A DNA stretch of 17,475 nt, from contig PRDH01000029.1 in assembly GCA_003345545.1 (NCBI GenBank), forward strand, positions 1 through 17,475, written 5' to 3'. Below the pieces are notes generated by a model. It was not told the origin of the DNA. It did no database searches and worked only from the letters and a program-made list of their open reading frames with translations. This DNA comes from Candidatus Thorarchaeota archaeon (GTDB taxonomy: Archaea; Asgardarchaeota; Thorarchaeia; Thorarchaeales; Thorarchaeaceae). The first letter of the stretch is position 1; every line of letters starts with the position of its first letter. Shown in pieces: positions 8,980 through 15,520 of the stretch. Made by a program: the position numbers and the translations under genes.

Positions 8980-10695
8980 TCATAATGAGAAGTTGACGAA
9001 GATAGTGCCGCCATTCTTCATCTGACCAGTGTATGCGCGATTGTAGGGACCGAATAGATCACTGAAGCCTGAATTGATTGCCCACTCGATCCATGACCAT
9101 GAAGACTCTTGTCCTAGCTTGCCCTCGGCAAACTGACCAAAGGCCCAACTGAGATATCGTTCTAGGTCCATCCTGAGGCCTAGATGAGTTGCTGCTTCCT
9201 CTTTTGATGCGGCAGCGATTCTTGGCTCTATAGTTCTGAGTTCGCTATTGAGTTTGGCGTGACATTCCAGTATCAGATTCTCAAGGTTCTCAAGTTCCTG
9301 ATTCATCTCATCGAACTGGTTCTTCTTTCTGTACTTCGAAACTCTCCCCATGATATTGAACAAGTTCCTTCCCTGAAGAACCGGCATCTCTTTCCCTTCA
9401 AGTGATTTTGCCAATTGCTCATTCCAGGGAGTGTTGAAGTAGACCCGTGGATACTTGACGAACATAGGGAACGGGGCTGAGATTGCTCTCGCACTGGGTA
9501 TCACTTGTGCATAGTATGCTGTCTCGCCGGCACCTCCAACATGCGTGACGATTGGTATTATTGAGTCGATTGCTAATTGTCTGGAGTCTACGCGGAGCGA
9601 GATACTCCGAGCAATATCACCGAGATATGGTGTATCTGCGGATGTTTCAATCTCAATCTTCTCAGAGCAGGATGGGCAGGTTCCAGTGAGAAGGGCAGTA
9701 GTCCCTCTTTCCTCATAGTGAAACTCTGTTCTTGCTTTGTTGCAGGTCTCTCCGGGGCATTCGTAGAAGAATGGCACGTAGTCAGTTCCTCTGAGACCAA
9801 TTCCAGGATTGTATCCTTTCTCCTCGATCAGTGTGGTCACTTCATTGAACATGGCCAGGAATCTCTCCCGGTTCTCACGAGCCAGAAGGAACTCTAGACC
9901 CTCGACAAGAAGGTCTCTGATACCCTCAGAAGATGCTGAGAGCAATGGGATGCCCAAATCGCCTTCTATATTGAACAGCCTGCCCAGTGTTCGTGCTGCC
10001 CATTCTGCCAGAGTTGTGGAGTTGGTGTAACTCCACCGAAGAATCGACAAGGCCTGCTCAAGCCGCTCATCTAGAAGCGTTCTAGAAGATCCCTCTAGTG
10101 CTTTGAACATCGGCCTGTAGGTTGTCCTGATATCGTCCTCAACCTGATTGTACCAGTCTCTCGCTGGTAGGGGGAGCACACTCACTGGTGAGTTCTCATA
10201 GCCCTCAGGCACTGGAATGCTCACGAGTGAGCACTCTGAGCCCAGTACAGGTAGGCGGATATTCGTGAGTTCTGGCTGAACAATGTCATAGTCCGCAAGA
10301 CAGAAGAAGGGTGCAAGGTCAAGTCCTCTCTCAGCGCATAGACTGGCAAGTCGTCTTGCTGTTGCCGCCTTGTTCAGGACATACACAGGACCCCCCAGAA
10401 CCACAGTCTGGTGCGCCGACTCAATGGCTCCGTTCTTCAGAGAGCTGATACTGGATTTGGTGTCTTCTGTGAGGCATCCAAGGTCCCGATTCGAGGAGAT
10501 GAGGGCTCTCTCAAGAAGCTTCATCCGTTCGTCAATATGCCAGAGAGTCTTCTCATACTTCTTCATGAGCTCTGGCACTCGATCACAGATCCCATTCATT
10601 GTGAGCGGCGGACTATCATACAGTGTCTGAGCGAGCTTGGTGTCTTTCCCTTTCCAGACGAAGTCGTGATACACATCATAGACGCTCGGCTTCAC
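8980..10695 (-). CDS. bshC: Bacillithiol biosynthesis cysteine-adding enzyme BshC homolog
   Basis: SAHQTVVLGGPVYVLNKA matches BshC TGQQxGLFxGPLYxxxK. LADYD matches xEDHD. VGGAGETAYYAQV matches GGPGExAYxAQL. It also has a PR motif, a C-terminal coiled coil and GQES for LQER. 571 aa, directly downstream of bshA. Confidence 0.85.
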   Translation of the reverse strand: MKPSVYDVYHDFVWKGKDTKLAQTLYDSPPLTMNGICDRVPELMKKYEKTLWHIDERMKLLERALISSNRDLGCLTEDTKSSISSLKNGAIESAHQTVVLGGPVYVLNKAATARRLASLCAERGLDLAPFFCLADYDIVQPELTNIRLPVLGSECSLVSIPVPEGYENSPVSVLPLPARDWYNQVEDDIRTTYRPMFKALEGSSRTLLDERLEQALSILRWSYTNSTTLAEWAARTLGRLFNIEGDLGIPLLSASSEGIRDLLVEGLEFLLARENRERFLAMFNEVTTLIEEKGYNPGIGLRGTDYVPFFYECPGETCNKARTEFHYEERGTTALLTGTCPSCSEKIEIETSADTPYLGDIARSISLRVDSRQLAIDSIIPIVTHVGGAGETAYYAQVIPSARAISAPFPMFVKYPRVYFNTPWNEQLAKSLEGKEMPVLQGRNLFNIMGRVSKYRKKNQFDEMNQELENLENLILECHAKLNSELRTIEPRIAAASKEEAATHLGLRMDLERYLSWAFGQFAEGKLGQESSWSWIEWAINSGFSDLFGPYNRAYTGQMKNGGTIFVNFSL

Positions 10696-10703
10696 GATAA
10701 TAC

Positions 10704-10715
10704 GTCCTCCTCACC
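10704..10715 (-). promoter_or_regulatory. Shine-Dalgarno site (GGTGAGGAGGA) for bshC overlapping the bshA stop codon
   Basis: The minus strand reads cggTGAggaggacgtattatcGTG, which suggests a translationally coupled bshA-bshC operon. Confidence 0.65.
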
Positions 10716-11877
10716 GTTTGACGACTTCGTTGAACACATTCTCGTACATAGGAACAATCTTGTTGGCGTCAAAAACATTGACACGTTGTCGACCTGCCTT
10801 CGCCAGTCTCTTTCTCTCGCCCTCATTCTCAAGGAGGTGAAGAATTGCCTGCGCAAATTCCTCCTTCTCGAAGCCCTTCGTGACAATTCCATCCTTGTCT
10901 GCACGAACAAGCTCAGGAATTCCGCCTGCAGGTGTTGTAATCACAGGAAGACTACAGGCCATCGCCTCCAAGAGCGTCAGAGGCATTCCCTCAAGTGTCG
11001 AATTGAGCAAGAAGATGTCAGAGGAACACATGATTTCCTGCATGTTGCTTTTCACACCCAAGAGATGTACATTATCACACAGTTTCAGGTCCTCTATTCG
11101 CCGCTCGACGTCAATACGTGTGGGTCCATCGCCTGCAATCACGAGTCTTGCATTTGGGTTATGGTCTACGACAGTGCGCATGATCTCGACAAGTTCAACG
11201 ACACGTTTGACCTTTCGAAAATTGGAGGCGTGAAGCAATATCCTATCCTCTGGTTCTATCTCAAAGGCATCCTTCTCACTCCGCACTGATACACACCCCC
11301 TCTCAACAAGAAGTCTGATCCCTGAAACCTTGGAGAACTGCGTTGTATCAATGAAGTTCGGGATGACATGAATATCCCTCTTGATTCCGAGCTCTTTGTG
11401 AGCTTTGTCTGCTAGGAATTGGGAGACCGCAGTCACAGCATCAGCATTCTCCACGGTGTGCTGGACAACTGGCTTGTATGCAGGATCCTGACCTAGTGTA
11501 TGCACATCAGAGCCATGAAGTGTGACCACATAGGGAATCCCATTGATCTCACGAGCCATATATGCCGCCATCGCATGAGGAATCGCATAGTGCGCATGGA
11601 TGAGGTCCAACCCCGCATCCTTTGCAACCTTGACGATTTTTGATGTGAGCGCCATAGTATAGGGGGGTCCAATCGTGTCAAACAGAGGATAATCAAAGCT
11701 GTCCACAAGGTCGACATGGACGCCCTCTGTCTGCTGCCACATCAATGAGAAGGGTCTCTGATAGGTGATGAAGTGGATTATGTGTCCTTTGTTCGCCAAG
11801 TGTTGGCCGAGTCGGGTTGCAACATGACCGCTACCGCCAAATGAAGGGTAGAGATTCACACCAATTCGCATAGCCAT
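10711..11877 (-). CDS. bshA: N-acetyl-alpha-D-glucosaminyl L-malate synthase BshA (GT4 glycosyltransferase)
   Basis: BshA-diagnostic YPSFGGSGHVATRLG, HFITY, YPLF, HAHYAIPHA, TLHGSD and HASNFRKVKR, plus the GT4 motif EGMPLTLLEAMAC. Confidence 0.92.
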   Translation of the reverse strand: MAMRIGVNLYPSFGGSGHVATRLGQHLANKGHIIHFITYQRPFSLMWQQTEGVHVDLVDSFDYPLFDTIGPPYTMALTSKIVKVAKDAGLDLIHAHYAIPHAMAAYMAREINGIPYVVTLHGSDVHTLGQDPAYKPVVQHTVENADAVTAVSQFLADKAHKELGIKRDIHVIPNFIDTTQFSKVSGIRLLVERGCVSVRSEKDAFEIEPEDRILLHASNFRKVKRVVELVEIMRTVVDHNPNARLVIAGDGPTRIDVERRIEDLKLCDNVHLLGVKSNMQEIMCSSDIFLLNSTLEGMPLTLLEAMACSLPVITTPAGGIPELVRADKDGIVTKGFEKEEFAQAILHLLENEGERKRLAKAGRQRVNVFDANKIVPMYENVFNEVVKR

Positions 11878-11974
11878 ACCTTCTGACTGGTCTATTCCTG
11901 TTCCCCTTTAAGGCACTTGGTCTGCACAGTCGAACATGCCAAACCTTGATTAGATACTGAAAGAACACTCACAT

Positions 11975-12628
11975 ATGAGCTCTATCCTTGTTGTGGTTGC
12001 ACACCCCGATGACGAGAGTCTGGGTGCCGGCGGTACGATACGAAAACATGCTGACATGGGGATTCCTGTCGACGTGCACTGTATGACGGGCAATGGAATA
12101 AGGAACGACGAAATGAAGTCTGCATGCGCCCAGCTTGGTGTGCGGAACCTCTATCTAAGCGAGCGCGATGACTTTGCCATTGACATGAGCCTTCGAAATG
12201 AAGTCGTCGGAGCGATTCTCAAATCGCGTCCGAAGATAGTGATAACTCACTTCTCTGGAGACTACAATGTGAATCATCAACACTGCGCACAGATAGTCTT
12301 CGATGCTGTTGAATGGGCATCCCACACAACACTCTTTGATGATGCACACCGCGTTGAAAGAATCTACAACATGGAGATCAACACCTTGATTTCCCGACCC
12401 CACGTGTATGTTGATATTTCGGACTCGTTTGAGTATGCTTTCAACGCGATCAAAGAACACAAGTCACAGATTGAGAAAGCCGATCTCTTCTATGAGAAGC
12501 TCTACGATGCGAGGACACGTCTTCGCGGAGTCCAAGCGAAATGCGAGCGTGCTGAGGCCTTTTCGATTACCCTTCCTGAACATGCTGGACCGTTCTATAG
12601 AGAAAACAGCGTTGAAAGTCTTGTGTGA
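11975..12628 (+). CDS. bshB: PIG-L/LmbE-family deacetylase, probable BshB (GlcNAc-malate deacetylase)
   Basis: ILVVVAHPDDESLGAGGTI metal motif, RxxE...A...LG, HKSQ and RG...AEAF. Divergent from bshA across a 97-bp gap. Confidence 0.8.
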   Translation: MSSILVVVAHPDDESLGAGGTIRKHADMGIPVDVHCMTGNGIRNDEMKSACAQLGVRNLYLSERDDFAIDMSLRNEVVGAILKSRPKIVITHFSGDYNVNHQHCAQIVFDAVEWASHTTLFDDAHRVERIYNMEINTLISRPHVYVDISDSFEYAFNAIKEHKSQIEKADLFYEKLYDARTRLRGVQAKCERAEAFSITLPEHAGPFYRENSVESLV

Positions 12629-12646
12629 GGCATCTGGCTACTACGG

Positions 12647-13033
12647 TTAGTCTGCCTTTCTCTTTCTGGCAGCTAGAAGTTGCTTGAGTTCGCCCATCAT
12701 GCTCATGCCTCCCCCTGGCGAGGGCGGTGGAGCTGTTGGGGCTCTTGCCATGCCAGCAATTGGCTGTCCTCCGGCTGCTGAGGGTCCTGCTGATATGGTT
12801 GCGCCACCAGAGGCGCGGCTCGAGAGAGAATCAATCCTTGATTCCAAAGCGCTGACTTGCGATTGGAGCTGAGCTGTTGTTGCCTGTAGATTGCTAATGG
12901 CTTCTGTGAGCTTAGTAGTGATGATACTCACAACTTCCCCGAGCTGGCGAATCTTCTGTGTATTTGGATCCTGAAGTGCCCACTCGAACTCCCCCATCAC
13001 AGCATCTTCAAGTTCCTTCTTCTCTTTGCTCAT
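12647..13033 (-). CDS. Small protein: coiled coil + Gly/Ala/Pro-rich linker + C-terminal basic amphipathic helix; candidate actin-regulator-like protein
   Basis: 128-aa ORF with its own GGAG site and TATA. Heptads span about aa 27-74, followed by APTAPPPSP and a terminal GGGMSMMGELKQLLAARKRKAD. The CDS call is solid; the function is inference. Confidence 0.8.
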   Translation of the reverse strand: MSKEKKELEDAVMGEFEWALQDPNTQKIRQLGEVVSIITTKLTEAISNLQATTAQLQSQVSALESRIDSLSSRASGGATISAGPSAAGGQPIAGMARAPTAPPPSPGGGMSMMGELKQLLAARKRKAD

Positions 13034-13076
13034 TGGTCTAGCTCCATCAACTGTCTGAAGAGGTCGCGGAATCCGC

Positions 13077-13088
13077 TATAAATCTTGT
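13077..13088 (-). promoter_or_regulatory. Putative TATA box (TTTATA) with purine-rich BRE for the 128-aa gene
   Basis: The minus strand reads acaagaTTTATAgc 44-55 nt upstream of ATG 13033. Confidence 0.55.
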
Positions 13089-13111
13089 CTGCATTATCGA
13101 AACAAATCATG

Positions 13112-14488
13112 TCATATCGATTTGATTGTCTTCTCAACAGCAAGCTTCGCTGTATTCGATACTTTCTTGACCAGCGCCTCTGTGGGACCCTCACACGTGA
13201 TTCTTATCACCGGTTCTGTACCTGACGGTCGTACTAGGACCCATCCCTCTTTTAGAGTAATCCCAATGCCGTCCACTGTTAGAACCTGCACGACATTCTC
13301 CAGTGCCTTAGGGAGCACCTCTGCAAGAGCTTCCATTACCTGTGCCTTCTTCTCATTTGGACATTTCAGTTTGGTCTTCACTAGAGGATATGCTGGAATG
13401 CCTGAGATCAGCTCTCCAAGACTCTTTCCTGTTCTTGCCATTTTTTCAAGAATCCTGCAGGCTGTGAGGAATGGCTCCGGCGCAAGGTGGAACTCTGGGA
13501 GAATGAACACACCACAGGCCTCGCCACCCATGACTGCATCAGTTTCCTTTACTTTGACTGCAACTTGGATATCCCCCACAGGTGTTCGAATTATCTTGCC
13601 GCCTCTTTTCTTGACGGTTTCGTCAAGCACCAATGAGCTATCCACAGTGGTGACCAAAGTCCCCCCCTTCGTAGTGCCAAGATAGTCTTGAGCGAGAAGC
13701 GCAATCGTTCTATCTCCTCTGACTACCTCGCCCTTCTCAGTCACAAACACCACCCTATCAGCATCACCATCATGAGCGATACCAAGGTCTGCACCAATCT
13801 CCTTCACCATCTGAATGAGATCACCAAGGGAGCTCTCATCTGGTTCAGAAACTCTTCCTGGAAAGTGTCCGTCCGGCTGACTGTTTATCGTGACGATCTT
13901 GCTAGCAAGTCTCTGCATGAGATATGGAGTGAGAACAGATGCTGCGCCGTTACCCGGGTCAACTACTATTGTGAATGACTTCGACCTTATCAGCTCTGCA
14001 TCGCACCTTGCTAGGATTGCCTCGATGTGTTCGTCAGCAGCGCTTTCTGTTGTGGACTCCTTTCCCAGCTGATTCCAGGGTGCAACCTTGAATTTCCTTG
14101 ATACATAGATCCGCTCAATCTTCTCTTCCTCTTCGGGTGTAAAGCCCATACTATTCTTAGACCAGAATTTTACTCCCGTATACTCTGGTGGGTTGTGCGA
14201 TGCAGTAACCATGACGCCCGCATCGAGTCTTCTGTTCATCACTGTGAAGGCCAGCGTAGGTGTCGGGATGATGCCTGTTCTGACTACGTTCACCCCTGTG
14301 GATAGCAAACCAGCAGAGAGCGCATCGGCGACCATGAGCCCTGTGGTTCTCGTGTCTCGTGCTAGGAGGACCGTTCCTCCACCCAGCAGTGTTCCGAGTG
14401 CTTTTCCTAAGTCCAATGCCATCTCAAGGTCGAACTCTTTTCCGTAGACCTTTCGCACGCCCGTTGTTCCGAAGAGTCTGTCCGCCAT
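13112..14488 (-). CDS. glmM: Phosphoglucosamine mutase / phosphomannomutase-phosphoglucomutase (alpha-D-phosphohexomutase)
   Basis: RLFGTTGVR, phosphoserine loop VTASHNP, metal loop DGDADR, GGEACG and VRPSGTEP. Sugar specificity is not certain. The start could be 14506. Confidence 0.85.
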   Translation of the reverse strand: MADRLFGTTGVRKVYGKEFDLEMALDLGKALGTLLGGGTVLLARDTRTTGLMVADALSAGLLSTGVNVVRTGIIPTPTLAFTVMNRRLDAGVMVTASHNPPEYTGVKFWSKNSMGFTPEEEEKIERIYVSRKFKVAPWNQLGKESTTESAADEHIEAILARCDAELIRSKSFTIVVDPGNGAASVLTPYLMQRLASKIVTINSQPDGHFPGRVSEPDESSLGDLIQMVKEIGADLGIAHDGDADRVVFVTEKGEVVRGDRTIALLAQDYLGTTKGGTLVTTVDSSLVLDETVKKRGGKIIRTPVGDIQVAVKVKETDAVMGGEACGVFILPEFHLAPEPFLTACRILEKMARTGKSLGELISGIPAYPLVKTKLKCPNEKKAQVMEALAEVLPKALENVVQVLTVDGIGITLKEGWVLVRPSGTEPVIRITCEGPTEALVKKVSNTAKLAVEKTIKSI

Positions 14489-14714
14489 GGAGCTCACAGG
14501 TACCATGTCTGTATGCTCTAGAGAAAAAGATACCTGAACAATACATTACAGTGAAATTGGGTCGTTATGCGATTGTCACTCGTCCTCAAACCAATGATCG
14601 AGCACCCCAAGGAGTTCAATAGGTTACTGCGCGAATTCGTTTCTTGGGTTGAGGAAGAGGGTTAGCTCACCGTCTCTCACCTTTGTTCTGTTCTGGTCTC
14701 GTTGCTCAATATAT

Positions 14715-14729
14715 CGCGAAACCTTATTA
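14715..14729 (+). promoter_or_regulatory. Possible BRE/TATA element (CGCGAAACCTTATTA) upstream of the Rab-like GTPase
   Basis: Resembles the elements at 6578-6590 (-) and 11939-11953 (+). Confidence 0.35.
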
Positions 14730-14884
14730 GTGCCATCAGTAACTTAGGCTTCGAATGCGCAACCACTGTTCAGGCCGATAGACTGCATGGGGATCTTTCA
14801 TGAATACACACAGAGACTCTTCATATGTCAATGGCGTAGCCACGTATGCATTCCACATCGATTCTACAGCTGGAGGACTGCGCT

Positions 14885-15433
14885 ATGAGTAGCACCTATG
14901 ACTTCTTGTTCAAAATCGTGGTCTTAGGAGAGGGCGCAGTGGGAAAGACAGCCATAGTCACCCGCTTTTCTCACGGATTCTTCAGGACTGATTACAAGAC
15001 TACTATTGGCTCCCAGTTTGCTGTCAAGAATGTTGAAATTGTAAAGTCGGAGCGCGAAAAGGTGACCGTGAAACTGCAAATCTGGGATGTTGCAGGGCAG
15101 TCTCGGTTTCAGATTCTCAGACCCATGTACTATAGGGGTTCGAGCGGTGGGATACTCGTCTATGATGTGACGAGACGAAGAACCTTCATCGTGCTCCAGG
15201 AGTGGCTAGAGGAACTCCACAAGGCGCTTGGAAAGGATATACCACTGATTCTAGTAGCGAACAAGACCGATCTTCCCGACCGCGTGGTTGAACCATCAGA
15301 GGGACGCGAATTCGCGGACAGCCGTAGCATGCCATATGTCGAGTCGAGCGCAAAGACTGGAGAAGGAATCATCGATATCTTTGAGCAGCTTGCTAGGGTC
15401 CTCGTCGCTGATCGTGAGCAGAAGGAAATGTAG
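14885..15433 (+). CDS. Rab-like Ras-superfamily small GTPase (eukaryotic signature protein)
   Basis: G1 GEGAVGKT, G2 TIG, G3 WDVAGQ, G4 NKTD and G5 SSAK. Rab-family motifs KLQIW, YYRGS and LVYDVT, and a YDFLFKIVVLG N-terminus. GGAGGA at 14872-14877 supports ATG 14885. Confidence 0.95.
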   Translation: MSSTYDFLFKIVVLGEGAVGKTAIVTRFSHGFFRTDYKTTIGSQFAVKNVEIVKSEREKVTVKLQIWDVAGQSRFQILRPMYYRGSSGGILVYDVTRRRTFIVLQEWLEELHKALGKDIPLILVANKTDLPDRVVEPSEGREFADSRSMPYVESSAKTGEGIIDIFEQLARVLVADREQKEM

Positions 15434-15520
15434 CTCCACCATTTCTGGCAAGGAGTGTGTCATCACTTCTACCAGAGAGCTAATTCATAACAGTAAGAAT
15501 GATTGATGTGACGTGCAACA

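Noticed and set aside
10411-11289. 292-aa + strand ORF
   Set aside because: Antisense shadow of bshA/bshC, which carry clear family motifs. No recognisable motif of its own.
13122-14447. Several + strand ORFs (187, 96, 60, 84 aa)
   Set aside because: Antisense to glmM, with Ser/Thr/Pro-rich composition typical of shadow frames.
14584-14654. Possible RNA stem (CCTCAAACC...GGGTTGAGG) in the glmM/GTPase gap
   Set aside because: Pairing is short and imperfect, with no recognisable ncRNA family features. The protein-relic reading explains the segment at least as well.
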